Shown here piece after piece: positions 10,317 through 21,082 of a stretch of 64,000 nt of DNA. How positions within the stretch are numbered: position 1 is the first letter of the stretch; each line of letters begins with the position of its first letter. The stretch is from Escherichia coli. Lineage in GTDB: Bacteria > Pseudomonadota > Gammaproteobacteria > Enterobacterales > Enterobacteriaceae. The translations under genes and the position numbers were made by a program. The stretch lies in assembly GCF_024502345.1 (NCBI RefSeq), contig NZ_JALDNN010000001.1; one strand, 5' to 3'. Below the pieces are notes generated by a model. The model had not been told where the DNA came from, did not search any database, and was given only the letters and a program-made list of their open reading frames with translations.

Positions 10317-13300
10317 ATGACACAACAGATACACACCATTGCTGAATCCAATAACTTTATCGTCCTTGATAAATACACCAAAGTTCTGGAGAACGGCGAC
10401 AGCTACCAGAGCGAATCGGATCTTGAGCGGGAACTGATTCAGGACCTTCTGAATCAGGGCTATGAATTTATATCCGTTAAGTCACCGACAGCGATGCTGG
10501 CGAATGCACGGGACCAGCTTCAGCATCTTAATGGTGTGGTGTTTAACGAAAGTGAATGGCGGCGCTTCGCAGAGCAGTATCTGGACAGCCCCAGTGACAG
10601 CAGCCTGGACAAAACTCGTAAAATCCATATCGACTATATCTGTGATTTCACGTTTGATGACGGTCGTCTGGAAAACATCTATCTGATAGATAAAAAGAAC
10701 CTGCTGCGCAATAAGGTGCAGGTCATTCAGCAGTTTGAACAGACCGGCTCACACGCTAACCGTTATGACGTCACCATTCTGGTTAACGGCCTGCCACTGG
10801 TGCAAATCGAACTCAAAAAGCGCGGCGTGGCTATTCGTGAAGCCTTTAACCAGATACACCGTTACAGCAAGGAAAGCTTTAACAGCGACAACTCCCTGTT
10901 TAAATACCTGCAACTGTTTGTGATATCTAACGGAACCGATACCCGGTACTTTGCCAGTACCACTAAGCGGGATAAAAACAGCTTTGATTTCACCATGAAC
11001 TGGGCGAAGTCGGATAACACTCTGATTAAGGACCTGAAGGACTTTACCGCCACCTTCTTCCAGAAACATACCCTGCTGAATGTTCTGTTTAATTACAGCG
11101 TGTTTGACAGCAGCCAGACTCTGCTCGTCATGCGCCCCTATCAGATTGCCGCCACTGAGCGAATCCTCTGGAAAATTAACAGCTCATTTAAAGCGAAGAA
11201 TTGGTCAAAACCCGAAAGCGGCGGGTTTATCTGGCATACCACCGGGTCAGGCAAAACCCTGACCAGTTTTAAGGCTGCACGACTGGCAACCGAACTGGAC
11301 TTTATAGACAAAGTCTTCTTCGTGGTCGACAGAAAAGACCTTGATTACCAGACAATGAAGGAGTATCAGCGCTTTTCTCCGGACAGCGTCAACGGTTCGG
11401 ATAATACAGCAGGCCTCAGAAGAAACCTGGATAAGGACGATAACAAAATCATCGTCACAACCATTCAGAAACTCAATAACCTGATGAAAGCCGAAGCTGA
11501 CCTGCCCGTCTATCAGCAGCAGGTAGTGTTTATCTTTGATGAGTGTCACCGCAGCCAGTTTGGTGAGGCCCAGAAAAACCTCAAAAAGAAATTCAGACGC
11601 TTTTATCAGTTTGGTTTTACCGGTACGCCTATTTTCCCGGAAAATGCACTGGGGGCAGAAACCACAACCAGCGTGTTCGGGCGTGAGTTACATTCTTACG
11701 TCATTACTGATGCGATTCGTGATGAAAAAGTACTGAAGTTTAAGGTGGACTATAACGATGTCCGCCCACAGTTTAAGTCTCTTGAAACGGAAACAGACGA
11801 GAAAAAACTCAGCGCGGCTGAAAACCAACAGGCATTTTTGCACCCCCTGCGTATCCAGGAAATAACGCAATACATTCTCAATAACTTCCGGCAGAAAACA
11901 CACCGAACCTTCCCGGGAGCTAAGGGCTTTAACGCCATGTTAGCAGTTAGCAGCGTGGACGCGGCGAAAGCTTATTACACGACGTTTAAAATGCTACAGG
12001 AAGAAGCAGAGAAGAAATCTGGCAGCTATAAATGCCTTCGGGTGGCAACCATCTTCTCCTTTGCTGCAAATGAAGAGCAAAGCGCCATTGGTGATATTAC
12101 TGACGAAAGCTTTGATACCAGTGCAATGAACAGCAGCGCGAAGGAATTCCTGGATTCAGCCATTGATGACTATAACAATCACTTTAAAACCAATTTCAGC
12201 ACCGACAGTAACGGTTTCCAGAACTACTACCGCAATTTAGCTCAACGAGTGAAAAATCAGGATATTGACCTTCTCATCGTGGTGGGAATGTTCTTGACTG
12301 GCTTTGATGCCCCGACGCTTAACACTCTTTTCGTTGACAAAAACCTCCGTTATCACGGCCTGATGCAGGCATTTTCCCGCACAAACCGTATCTATGATGC
12401 CACCAAAACCTTCGGCAATATCGTGACTTTCAGGGATCTGGAGCGTCCGACCATTGATGCCATCACACTATTTGGCGACAAAAACACCAAGAATGTGGTG
12501 CTGGAAAAAAGCTACGAAGAGTACATGCAGGGCTTTACCGATGCGGCAACCGGTGAGGCTAAACGAGGTTTTATGGCTGTTGTTTCGGAGCTGGAGCAGC
12601 GCTTCCCTGACCCTGCCAGTATCGACAGTGAAAAAGAGAAAAAAGCCTTCGTCAAACTGTTTGGTGAATATCTGCGGGCAGAAAACATCCTGCAAAACTA
12701 TGATGAATTTGCCACGCTGAAAGCCCTGCAGAAGGTTGATATTAGTGACCCGGAAGCGGTAGAAACCTTTAAAGCAGAGCACTATGTGGATGATGAAAAA
12801 TTTGCTGAATTACAAACCATTCGTCTCCCGGCAGAACGTAAAGTTCAGGACTATCGCTCAGCATACAATGATATCCGGGACTGGCAGCGACGCGAAAAAG
12901 CATCAAACGACAGGGATAAATCAACCACAGACTGGGATGACGTGGTGTTTGAAATTGACCTGCTGAAGTCGCAGGAAATTAACCTGGATTACATCCTTGG
13001 TCTGATTTTCGACCACAATCGTCAGAAAAAAGGTAAAGAAGCCCTGACTGAAGAGGTCAGACGCTTAATCCGCTCAAGTCTGGGCAACCGTGCCAAAGAA
13101 GGTCTGATTGTTGACTTTATTCAGCAAACTAACCTTGATGACATGCCGGACAAGGCCAGTATCATTGATGCATTCTTTACCTATGCTCAGCGTGAACAGC
13201 AACGGGAAGCAGAGGCGTTGATTAAGGAAGAAAACCTCAATGAAGAGGCTGCAAGGCGCTATATCCGCACATCACTAAAACGGGAGTATGCCACCGAAAA

Positions 13301-13433
13301 TGGGACGGAGCTAAATGAGACGCTACCAAAGCTCAGTCCGCTGAATCCTCAGTACAAAACGAAAAAGCAGACTGTATTCCAGAAAATTGGGGCATTTATC
13401 GAAAAATTTAAAGGGGTTGGAGGACACCTCTAG
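10317..13433 (+). CDS. hsdR: type I R-M restriction subunit HsdR (SF2 helicase/translocase plus nuclease)
   Basis: 1038 aa; Walker A ([10 protein letters not shown]) and DEAD-box motif II ([10 protein letters not shown]). Confidence 0.95.
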   Translation: MTQQIHTIAESNNFIVLDKYTKVLENGDSYQSESDLERELIQDLLNQGYEFISVKSPTAMLANARDQLQHLNGVVFNESEWRRFAEQYLDSPSDSSLDKTRKIHIDYICDFTFDDGRLENIYLIDKKNLLRNKVQVIQQFEQTGSHANRYDVTILVNGLPLVQIELKKRGVAIREAFNQIHRYSKESFNSDNSLFKYLQLFVISNGTDTRYFASTTKRDKNSFDFTMNWAKSDNTLIKDLKDFTATFFQKHTLLNVLFNYSVFDSSQTLLVMRPYQIAATERILWKINSSFKAKNWSKPESGGFIWHTTGSGKTLTSFKAARLATELDFIDKVFFVVDRKDLDYQTMKEYQRFSPDSVNGSDNTAGLRRNLDKDDNKIIVTTIQKLNNLMKAEADLPVYQQQVVFIFDECHRSQFGEAQKNLKKKFRRFYQFGFTGTPIFPENALGAETTTSVFGRELHSYVITDAIRDEKVLKFKVDYNDVRPQFKSLETETDEKKLSAAENQQAFLHPLRIQEITQYILNNFRQKTHRTFPGAKGFNAMLAVSSVDAAKAYYTTFKMLQEEAEKKSGSYKCLRVATIFSFAANEEQSAIGDITDESFDTSAMNSSAKEFLDSAIDDYNNHFKTNFSTDSNGFQNYYRNLAQRVKNQDIDLLIVVGMFLTGFDAPTLNTLFVDKNLRYHGLMQAFSRTNRIYDATKTFGNIVTFRDLERPTIDAITLFGDKNTKNVVLEKSYEEYMQGFTDAATGEAKRGFMAVVSELEQRFPDPASIDSEKEKKAFVKLFGEYLRAENILQNYDEFATLKALQKVDISDPEAVETFKAEHYVDDEKFAELQTIRLPAERKVQDYRSAYNDIRDWQRREKASNDRDKSTTDWDDVVFEIDLLKSQEINLDYILGLIFDHNRQKKGKEALTEEVRRLIRSSLGNRAKEGLIVDFIQQTNLDDMPDKASIIDAFFTYAQREQQREAEALIKEENLNEEAARRYIRTSLKREYATENGTELNETLPKLSPLNPQYKTKKQTVFQKIGAFIEKFKGVGGHL

Positions 13434-13654
13434 ATGTCAGATAAAAGAACAATGCGCTACCGCAATTTATGGGTAAGATTGTATCTTTTAACCTGCATCA
13501 GACCTGTTATGATCGATGAGGCGCTGGTTAATGTTAATGCTAACTGGATGAGTTTTAATCGCTGATTCAGACAATTAGCGTCCAGAACTCACAGAAACCA
13601 GTGCTTGATTTTGGATGGTAAAGTGCTGAACGGACGTATCACAGGAGAATGCTT

Positions 13655-13993
13655 ATGAGCGTAACTATAAAAGACGATCGACTCCGTACCATCGCTACCT
13701 TTGACGGTAAAACCCTGAAAGACGACCGGCTCAGGACCATCGCAACGTTTGACGGTAAAACCCTGAAAGACGACCGGCTCAGAACCATCTCAACTTTTGA
13801 CGGTAAAACCCTGAAAGACGACCGACTCCGCACCATCGCTACCTTTGATGGCAAGACCCTGAAAGACGATCGACTCCGCACCATCGCAACATTTGATGGT
13901 AAAACACTTAAAGACGATCGACTCAGAACCATCGCGACAGTTAATGGTAATGTTAGTATTGTTGTTTTGGCGTTTGCTGCTCGGCTATTTTAG
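13655..13993 (+). CDS. small repeat protein: five 16-aa tandem repeats (KDDRLRTIATFDGKTL) and a hydrophobic C-terminal tail
   Basis: Copies differ almost only at synonymous codon positions in this frame (for example Arg as cgt, agg, aga, cgc), which argues for real coding sequence; AGGAGA 7 nt upstream of the ATG at 13655. Confidence 0.5.
   Translation: MSVTIKDDRLRTIATFDGKTLKDDRLRTIATFDGKTLKDDRLRTISTFDGKTLKDDRLRTIATFDGKTLKDDRLRTIATFDGKTLKDDRLRTIATVNGNVSIVVLAFAARLF
13670..13939 (+). repeat. 48-bp tandem repeat, about 5.6 copies
   Basis: Direct inspection; units begin AAAGACGA(C/T)CG(A/G)CTC... Confidence 0.9.
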
Positions 13994-14270
13994 GGCTAAG
14001 AGCCTATCTCAACAGAGATTAATACTTTACCCAAAAGATATAATATCAGTATCTAAAAGCCTGCACCGTCTGATTTTTAGTCATTGAATCGCGAGAACGG
14101 GAGATAATTTCTCTTCTATGGGTATAGGCTCATAATGGTAGGATTCTGGTAGCTTCGAAACGCCGTATTTAAGCAATACTTAAGTCATGAAGAACCAAAC
14201 TTAAACATTTTTCTCAAGGTAAACCAGTAAAAAACTGTTAGTGCTGATGGATCGTTTGGGCTCTTTTAAA

Positions 14271-14319
14271 GGGATTGAAAATCCCCGTGTCCTTGGTTCG
14301 ATTCCGAGTCCGGGCACCA
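14271..14319 (+). tRNA. tRNA-Phe 3' fragment (anticodon stem to CCA), not a complete gene; likely an island attachment-site remnant
   Basis: GGGATTGAAAATCCCCGTGTCCTTGGTTCGATTCCGAGTCCGGGCACCA matches the 3' two-thirds of enterobacterial tRNA-Phe (GAA anticodon) as I recall it; no matching 5' acceptor or D arm upstream. Confidence 0.7.
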
Positions 14320-14516
14320 AATTCATATCAACGGACCTCCACGGAGGTCCGTTTTTCGTTTCAGAACGCCACAATTTAAGCGTTCTGCCTCCAAATCAAT
14401 TCTACCGAACTCAACCAGATTCCCCCCACATCAACCCCATTGTGTGGGTATAATTGCGGGTATACCCCAGTTCGACAGAATTTGTACCCTCTTTAACGCA
14501 TTCAGAAGGCTGAACT

Positions 14517-15782
14517 ATGGCACTGACTGACGCAAAAATCCGGGCTGCAAAGCCCACTGACAAGGCTTATAAACTCACTGACGGGGCCGGCATGTTCCTG
14601 CTGGTTCATCCTAATGGTTCCCGTTACTGGCGTCTCCGTTATCGTATTCTGGGTAAGGAGAAAACCCTGGCACTTGGTGTGTATCCGGAAGTTTCTCTCT
14701 CCGAAGCTCGTACAAAACGGGATGAGGCCCGAAAACTGATTTCGGAGGGGGTTGACCCTTGCGAACAGAAAAGAGCTAAAAAAGTAGTCCCTGATTTACA
14801 ACTCTCTTTTGAACATATTGCACGACGCTGGCATGCCAGTAATAAACAATGGGCACAATCACACAGCGATAAAGTACTCAAAAGCCTCGAGACACACGTT
14901 TTCCCCTTTATCGGCAACCGGGATATCACAACACTCAGTACCCCGGACCTGCTTATCCCTGTTCGTGCTGCAGAAGCTAAACAAATTTATGAAATCGCCA
15001 GTCGTCTGCAGCAAAGAATATCTGCTGTAATGCGTTATGCCGTACAGTCTGGCATCATCAGATATAACCCGGCTCTGGATATGGCTGGTGCATTGACCAC
15101 GGTAAAACGCCAGCATCGCCCTGCTCTGGATCTTTCACGCCTGCCTGAACTTCTGTCGCGTATTGACGGTTATAAAGGCCAGCCTGTCACCCGACTGGCA
15201 GTTATGCTGAATTTACTGGTTTTTATTCGTTCCAGTGAACTCAGATATGCCCGCTGGTCTGAAATTGATATTGACAATGCCATGTGGACTATTCCAGCCG
15301 AACGCGAACCTCTGCCAGGCGTAAAATTTTCATACCGGGGCTCCAAGATGCGAACACCACATCTTGTGCCACTCAGCCAACAGGCTGTAGCCATACTGGC
15401 AGAACTTCAGACATGGGCAGGTGAAAATGGTCTGATCTTTACGGGAGCACATGACCCACGTAAACCAATCAGTGAAAACACCGTAAATAAAGCCCTGAGG
15501 GTTATGGGGTATGACACAACCCAGGATGTCTGTGGTCATGGATTCCGGGCGATGGCATGTAGTGCATTAATAGAATCAGGTTTGTGGTCCCGCGATGCTG
15601 TGGAACGCCAGATGAGCCATCAGGAGCGTAATGGTGTACGTGCTGCGTATATCCATAAAGCCGAACATCTGGAAGAACGTCGACTTATGCTACAGTGGTG
15701 GGCCGATTTTCTGGATGCAAACAGAGAAAGATTTATCAGTCCATTTGAATATGCAAAGATTAATAATCCATTAAAACAATAA
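14517..15782 (+). CDS. int: P4-type tyrosine integrase
   Basis: 421 aa; N-terminus MALTDAKIRAAKPTDKAYKLTDGAGMFLLVHPNGSRYWRLRYR is characteristic of P4-like integrases; lies about 200 bp downstream of the tRNA-Phe fragment. Confidence 0.9.
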   Translation: MALTDAKIRAAKPTDKAYKLTDGAGMFLLVHPNGSRYWRLRYRILGKEKTLALGVYPEVSLSEARTKRDEARKLISEGVDPCEQKRAKKVVPDLQLSFEHIARRWHASNKQWAQSHSDKVLKSLETHVFPFIGNRDITTLSTPDLLIPVRAAEAKQIYEIASRLQQRISAVMRYAVQSGIIRYNPALDMAGALTTVKRQHRPALDLSRLPELLSRIDGYKGQPVTRLAVMLNLLVFIRSSELRYARWSEIDIDNAMWTIPAEREPLPGVKFSYRGSKMRTPHLVPLSQQAVAILAELQTWAGENGLIFTGAHDPRKPISENTVNKALRVMGYDTTQDVCGHGFRAMACSALIESGLWSRDAVERQMSHQERNGVRAAYIHKAEHLEERRLMLQWWADFLDANRERFISPFEYAKINNPLKQ

Positions 15783-15786
15783 TCCT

Positions 15787-15827
15787 CCCGGGAAAATGCC
15801 CGGGAACCACCCGGGGATTATTTTTTG
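15787..15827 (+). terminator. putative terminator downstream of int
   Basis: CCCGGG-aaaatg-CCCGGG hairpin region followed by ATTATTTTTT. Confidence 0.35.
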
Positions 15828-15949
15828 TTAAAAAAGGCAAAACGATATTAACTGATGTATTAAATGTTTACCGGATTGCTCCCTGCAGGTGGATTATCAG
15901 AATCCGCAGTTATTCGTTATTTATATATATTCAATAAAAAGAAACATCA

Positions 15950-15983
15950 TAAAAAATCCCGCACCCACAGGGTGATGCGGGAT
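15950..15983 (-). terminator. putative rho-independent terminator for the minus-strand gene ending at 16104
   Basis: ATCCCGCA / TGCGGGAT stem with 12-nt loop, followed on the minus strand by a T run. Confidence 0.4.
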
Positions 15984-16103
15984 AACTGACGTAAGGAATG
16001 CTGCCGGGATTTGGTGGTCCCTTGTGCTGATATGAATACAGGTTCTATTCTATACAGAATCCTTTTCAGTACAAGAGACTGTATTACAGTTTGCCATATA
16101 TGA

Positions 16104-17603
16104 TTACCTGTGGTCCGGAAGAATAAGTGGCTGCGGTTTCAGACTGTCTGCCGGCACATTTTTCTCTCCGTTAAAAACCATAACGGGTTCATTATCTTCG
16201 TCTGTCAGCGGATTGAATGGCGGTATATTTTCGGTACGAATACCGGTCAGCCACTGAAAAATGCCTGCGAAATTACGGGCACTGATTTTCCTGCTGACGG
16301 ACTGATGAGACGTGATGTCACTGGCGGTAATAATCAGGGGAACGCTGTAGCCCCCCTGCACATGACCATCATGATGAACAGGATTAGCACTGTCGCTGAC
16401 CGACAGCCCATGGTCAGAAAAGTAAAGCATTGCAAAGTGACGGGAATGCCGGCGAAGGATACCATCAAGCTGATCGAGAAAGTTATCCAGTTTACTGATG
16501 CTGGCGAGGTAACAGGCAATCTTTCGGGGATACTGCTCCAGGTAATAATTCGGCCAGGAGTTAAGTCGGTCACACGGATTCGGATGAGAGCCAATCATGT
16601 GCAGGAAAATCACCTTCGGCGAGGATTTATCCGCCAGCGCACGTTCTGTTTCCTGTAACAACAACATGTCATCCGTTTTACGGGAAGCGAAGCTGCCTTT
16701 CTTGAGGAAAACGGTATGCTCCGCATCAGAAGCAATAACAGAGATGCGTGTGTCATGCTCTCCCAGTTTTCCCTGATTGGATATCCACCATGTGCTGTAT
16801 CCTGCTTTTGCTGCCAGCGCCACCACGTTGTTGCCGGAGTCAGGGTTCTGCTCATAGTCATAAATCAGTGTCCGGCTCAGGGAAGGTACGGTACTGGCTG
16901 CTGCCGATGTATAGCCGTCAATAAATAAACCGGGAGCCGTATTCAGCCATGGTGTGGTTGGCACGGGATAGCCATATACCGACATATAATCCCTGCGCAC
17001 ACTCTCACCAGTAACGATAACAATCGTGTCATACAACGGTGTTCCCGGCAGGATTTTCCAGTTGTCAGCCCCGTGCTGACTCAGTTGTTTATAACGCTGC
17101 ATTTCACGCAATGTGTCAGTTGTTCCCACAACAATTCCTTTAACCATCCGCAACGGCCAGCTGTTTACAGAGCATAATACGAACAGCAGCAGTGCCAGCC
17201 AGTTACGGTGACCGCGGTGGTGTGTCCGCCAGAAAATCACCATGAATACCAGAATCGCGGCACTGACCAGAAAATGATAAACAGGAATCATCCCGGTAAA
17301 CTCTGCAGCCTCATCAGCCGTGGTCTGCAGCAACGCGACAATAAAACTGTTGTTGATTTTACCGTACGTCATACCCGCAGGCGCATACAGTGCACAACAG
17401 AACAGAAATAACAGCGTTGTAATGGATGTGAGGGTATTTCTGTGTGCAAGGAGAAGAAGGAGAAACAGAAGCAGCACATTTCCTGTGGCATTCTTCTCAG
17501 TGTATCCGCATGCAATTGTGATTATCACAGAAATAACAAAAAAGAATAAAAACAATAAAATCCGGGGTGTGTCGCCCGGACAAAACAGTTTTCTGATATT
17601 CAT
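16104..17603 (-). CDS. sulfatase-family phosphoethanolamine transferase (EptA/YhbX-like inner membrane protein)
   Basis: N-terminal multi-TM region then sulfatase-like domain with ...IVTGESVRRDYMSVYGY... and ...IFLHMIGSHPNP... motifs. Confidence 0.7.
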   Translation of the reverse strand: MNIRKLFCPGDTPRILLFLFFFVISVIITIACGYTEKNATGNVLLLFLLLLLAHRNTLTSITTLLFLFCCALYAPAGMTYGKINNSFIVALLQTTADEAAEFTGMIPVYHFLVSAAILVFMVIFWRTHHRGHRNWLALLLFVLCSVNSWPLRMVKGIVVGTTDTLREMQRYKQLSQHGADNWKILPGTPLYDTIVIVTGESVRRDYMSVYGYPVPTTPWLNTAPGLFIDGYTSAAASTVPSLSRTLIYDYEQNPDSGNNVVALAAKAGYSTWWISNQGKLGEHDTRISVIASDAEHTVFLKKGSFASRKTDDMLLLQETERALADKSSPKVIFLHMIGSHPNPCDRLNSWPNYYLEQYPRKIACYLASISKLDNFLDQLDGILRRHSRHFAMLYFSDHGLSVSDSANPVHHDGHVQGGYSVPLIITASDITSHQSVSRKISARNFAGIFQWLTGIRTENIPPFNPLTDEDNEPVMVFNGEKNVPADSLKPQPLILPDHR

Positions 17604-17762
17604 CGGAGTATATCGACAACATTATTATGAAGAGAACAGGATAATAAAAATCAGAAATTATCTGTAAAACAGATAACAGACAACCCTGCAGTATAATTAC
17701 TGCAGGGTGTTTCCTTTTAATTACAGAAGATAAGTAATTATTATCTTTCAGGAGCAGTTTCG

Positions 17763-18503
17763 TCAGAAGTTATAAGTCACACCAAGCATGATGTCATGAC
17801 TTTTAACATCAACCTCTGATTTATATTTATCGCCCCACTCATCCTTGTAACTCACACTGCTGTCACCTGCATCAATATAGCGATAGCTGAGGTCAAGAGC
17901 GATATCCGGGGTTACGTCATAACGGACACCAGCCCCAAGGCTCCATGCAAAGTTGTCAGCAGAGTCTGAGTGTGACAACGACTCACGCCCACTGTACCCG
18001 TACCCGTAATCCCAAGTACTGATACCAGTTGTTTTCTGATGAATTCTGGCGTAACCAATCCCTGCGGATACCCATGGTGTGAATGCACTGTCGTTCCGGA
18101 AGTCATAGTACGTATTCAGCATCAGAGTGTTGACTGACACTTCATTCTTCAGGTCATCACGCCAGTAACCACCTGACCAGCTGTCTTTATCTACGTTATA
18201 CTTCGAATCAGCTTTTCCACGCGCGTAAAACTCCAGTTCTGTACGAACCGGAATACTGAACTGCGGATAAAAATCATAACCGGCCGCAATACCGCCACTG
18301 AATACCGTATCATGGTCATCGCCGCCTTTATACTTTGACGTTTCTTCCTCATCTCCTGACAGGAAACGCTGGTCTGAAAGTGACACCACAGAGGCACCGG
18401 CTTTACCGGTCAGATAAAAACCGCTTTTACCTTCCTCAGCACCTGCATTTGCTGCAAATACACAGGCTGCGGCCACCACTGAAACAGCAAAAACCTTTTT
18501 CAT
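17763..18503 (-). CDS. outer membrane beta-barrel protein, Tia/Hek/PagN-like (Ail/OmpX superfamily)
   Basis: Signal peptide MKKVFAVSVVAAACVFAANAGA; alternating aromatic beta-strand pattern; C-terminal ...GVTYNF. Confidence 0.6.
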   Translation of the reverse strand: MKKVFAVSVVAAACVFAANAGAEEGKSGFYLTGKAGASVVSLSDQRFLSGDEEETSKYKGGDDHDTVFSGGIAAGYDFYPQFSIPVRTELEFYARGKADSKYNVDKDSWSGGYWRDDLKNEVSVNTLMLNTYYDFRNDSAFTPWVSAGIGYARIHQKTTGISTWDYGYGYSGRESLSHSDSADNFAWSLGAGVRYDVTPDIALDLSYRYIDAGDSSVSYKDEWGDKYKSEVDVKSHDIMLGVTYNF

Positions 18504-18937
18504 TTCAATTATCTCCGTTATTGCTCCGTTGCTGCAAGCAGTACTCAGTGCATTTTAAAACCCGCCATGCGATAGTCTCAATTGAATAAAATCGATCGAA
18601 TCGATAGATGATATCGATCGTCATTAACCAGAAATTTTTATCGTATTCAGTCAGCACAGATACAACAAATGCATGCCATGCAGACAGTCATACCCGGCAA
18701 CAACAGCAGATGGTTGCTGAGCAAGCAGGGAGTGAGGCTGAATCCCGGGGAAGAAAAAACCTGTAAAATTTGTTTATTCTGCCAGGAGATAAAAGTGACG
18801 TGTGTTCATGTAACACACCAGGGACGAAAGATGCATGGACTGACAGTTTGGGGGATATGATGCAACTACAGACCAAAGTGTGAATCAGTATGACCCGGGC
18901 CAGAGTTTGTGCGGTTTCTTTATATAAAAAAGCCCAC

Positions 18938-19379
18938 GGTAATGACTCCAACTTATTGATAGTGTTTTATGTTCAGATAATGCCCGATGACTTTGTCATG
19001 CAGCTCCACCGATTTTGAGAACGACAGCGACTTCCGTCCCAGCCGTGCCAGGTGCTGCCTCAGATTCAGGTTATGCCGCTCAATTCGCTGCGTATATCGC
19101 TTGCTGATTACGTGCAGCTTTCCCTTCAGGCAGGATTCATACAGCGGCCAGCCATCCGTCATCCATATCACCACGTCAAAGGGTGACAGCAGGCTCATAA
19201 GACGCCCCAGCGTCGCCATCGTGCGTTCACCGAATACGTGCGCAACAACCGTCTTCCGGAGCCTGTCATACGCGTAAAACAGCCAGCGCTGGCGCGATTT
19301 AGCCCCGACATAGCCCCACTGTTCGTCCATTTCCGCGCAGACGATGACGTCACTGCCCGGCTGTATGCGCGAGGTTACC
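18938..19379 (-). mobile_element. IS1 fragment (about 440 bp from one end), truncated by the adjacent IS3-family element
   Basis: End GGTAATGACTCCAACTTATTGATAGTG at 18938 and InsB C-terminal coding sequence; homology to IS1 stops at about 19379. Confidence 0.85.
18953..19330 (-). pseudogene. insB: IS1 transposase InsB, 5'-truncated
   Basis: Translation [48 protein letters not shown]...[11 protein letters not shown] matches the C-terminal part of InsB; N-terminal region absent. Confidence 0.85.
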
Positions 19380-19445
19380 TGCTCCCCGTTGATTAATACA
19401 CCGTGATGTTAGTAATGTCTTCATAAGCCACATGAGGACATCCCC

Positions 19446-19709
19446 ATGAAGAAGCGTTTTTCCGACGAACAGATCATATGTATTCTCCGCGAGGCCGAAG
19501 CTGGCGTTTCTGCCCGTGAGCTCTGCCGTAAGCACGCCATTTCCGACGCCACCTTTTACACATGGCGTAAGAAGTATGGCGGTATGGAGGTGCCTGAGGT
19601 TAAGCGCCTGAAGTCGCTTGAGGAAGAGAACGCCAGACTCAAGAAGCTGCTTGCCGAAGCCATGCTGGATAAAGAGGCGCTTCAGGTGGCTCTTGGGCGA
19701 AAGTACTGA
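19446..19709 (+). CDS. IS3-family transposase OrfA (HTH)
   Basis: [49 protein letters not shown]... Confidence 0.85.
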   Translation: MKKRFSDEQIICILREAEAGVSARELCRKHAISDATFYTWRKKYGGMEVPEVKRLKSLEEENARLKKLLAEAMLDKEALQVALGRKY

Positions 19710-19732
19710 CGACAGACCAGAAGCGGGAAGCC

Positions 19733-20566
19733 GTGATGTTGATGTGTGATGCGACCGGTCTGTCGCAACGTCGTGCCTGCAGGCTTACAGGTTTATCCCT
19801 GTCGACCTGCCGCTATGAGGCTCACCGTCCGGCTGCTGATGCGCATTTATCAGGGCGCATCACTGAGCTGGCACTGGAGCGCAGGCGTTTTGGCTACCGT
19901 CGTATTTGGCAGTTGCTGCGCCGTGAAGGGCTTCATGTTAATCATAAGCGCGTGTACCGGCTTTATCACCTCAGTGGCCTGAGCGTAAAACGCAGAAGAC
20001 GTCGTAAAGGGCTGGCAACAGAACGTCTGCCGCTGCTCCGTCCGGCGGCGCCCAATCTGACCTGGTCGATGGATTTCGTCATGGACGCACTTTCCACCGG
20101 TCGCAGGATCAAGTGTCTTACCTGCGTCGATGATTTCACAAAGGAATGCCTGACGGTCACTGTTGCCTTTGGGATTTCAGGCGTTCAGGTCACGCGTATT
20201 CTGGACAGCATTGCACTGTTTCGAGGCTATCCGGCGACGATAAGAACTGACCAGGGGCCGGAGTTCACTTGCCGTGCACTGGATCAATGGGCCTTTGAGC
20301 ATGGTGTTGAGTTGCGCTTAATCCAGCCGGGCAAGCCAACGCAGAACGGATTTATTGAGAGCTTTAACGGACGATTTCGCGATGAATGTTTGAATGAGCA
20401 CTGGTTCAGCGATATCGTTCATGCCAGGAAAATTATTAATGACTGGCGGCAGGATTATAACGAATGCCGCCCGCACTCCACGCTGAATTATCAGACACCG
20501 TCTGAATTTGCAGCGGGCTGGAGAAAGGGTCATTCTGAGAATGAAGATTCCGACGTTACTAACTGA
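19733..20566 (+). CDS. IS3-family transposase OrfB (DDE integrase-like catalytic domain)
   Basis: ...[10 protein letters not shown]...[50 protein letters not shown]... Confidence 0.85.
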   Translation: MMLMCDATGLSQRRACRLTGLSLSTCRYEAHRPAADAHLSGRITELALERRRFGYRRIWQLLRREGLHVNHKRVYRLYHLSGLSVKRRRRRKGLATERLPLLRPAAPNLTWSMDFVMDALSTGRRIKCLTCVDDFTKECLTVTVAFGISGVQVTRILDSIALFRGYPATIRTDQGPEFTCRALDQWAFEHGVELRLIQPGKPTQNGFIESFNGRFRDECLNEHWFSDIVHARKIINDWRQDYNECRPHSTLNYQTPSEFAAGWRKGHSENEDSDVTN

Positions 20567-20812
20567 GTGTTGTATCTAATCGTGGGGGCAGGTCACTCGA
20601 CTTGGTTCCATTAAAAACCATGAAGTTGATATAGGGTCAAGATTTTATACGATATACACATCAAGCATCTTGCATGAGTCGCACTGACTGACCCGGGTTA
20701 GTTACCATCATATTCTTTATGGTTGAGACCATACGGAAATCAGTGAATTAAAAATATTTATTCATCCAAAACACAAATGGTTTTAAGAAAGCCTAATGCC
20801 CTTCTTGTAAAA

Positions 20813-21082
20813 TTATTCAAGATAGTCAAGTATGTTTTTTATATTGTCAATTAAGGCGACATGCAGGTCAGGGTCATCACATTCATCTGAATGGCAATAG
20901 GAAATATGTTGAAGTATAATTCTTTTTTTGAATTCACTAACTGTACACTCCAACTCATACACCGACCGTACGATATCAATACAAGGTTCATCATCGATTA
21001 AAAAATCCTGCATTTTATTATACTTATCAGTCAGATCTTCTATCATAGAAATTAATACGGGGTCATTAACTAACATTGGCAT
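20813..21082 (-). CDS. hypothetical small acidic protein (89 aa)
   Basis: ORF 20813..21232 trimmed to the ATG preceded by AGGAGA; AT-rich; no family recognised. Confidence 0.35.
   Translation of the reverse strand: MPMLVNDPVLISMIEDLTDKYNKMQDFLIDDEPCIDIVRSVYELECTVSEFKKRIILQHISYCHSDECDDPDLHVALIDNIKNILDYLE

Larger units (their letters stand above)
19375..20595 (+). mobile_element. IS3-family insertion sequence (IS407-group-like), about 1.2 kb with orfA and orfB
   Basis: Right end ...TGACCTGCCCCC (reverse complement) at about 20595; imperfect left inverted repeat around 19375; boundaries approximate. Confidence 0.8.

Noticed and set aside
10749-11069. Minus-strand ORFs inside hsdR (and similar antisense ORFs in hsdM, the cadA-like gene, res, mod and the SNF2 gene)
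   Set aside because: Fully embedded antisense to long genes with clear catalytic motifs; regarded as frame artefacts.
13639-13932. Minus-strand 97-aa ORF spanning the 48-bp tandem repeats
   Set aside because: Copy-to-copy nucleotide differences are synonymous in the plus-strand frame, not this one; taken as the antisense shadow of the plus-strand repeat gene.
13670-13939. Possible CRISPR array
   Set aside because: The repeats are contiguous 48-bp units with no spacers and no cas genes nearby; they are an in-frame coding tandem repeat.
14200-14320. Complete tRNA-Phe gene
   Set aside because: Only the 3' 49 nt match tRNA-Phe; the upstream sequence cannot form the acceptor stem or D arm, so it is annotated as a fragment.
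16110-16658. Plus-strand 182-aa ORF antisense to the phosphoethanolamine transferase gene
   Set aside because: Embedded in a well-supported minus-strand gene; no independent signals.
17681-17708. Hairpin ACCCTGCAG...CTGCAGGGT between the OMP and transferase genes as a terminator
   Set aside because: No clear U-tract on the strand of the upstream gene; left unannotated.
18669-18951. Short ORFs between the OMP gene and the IS1 end
   Set aside because: No RBS or family support; likely non-coding spacer.
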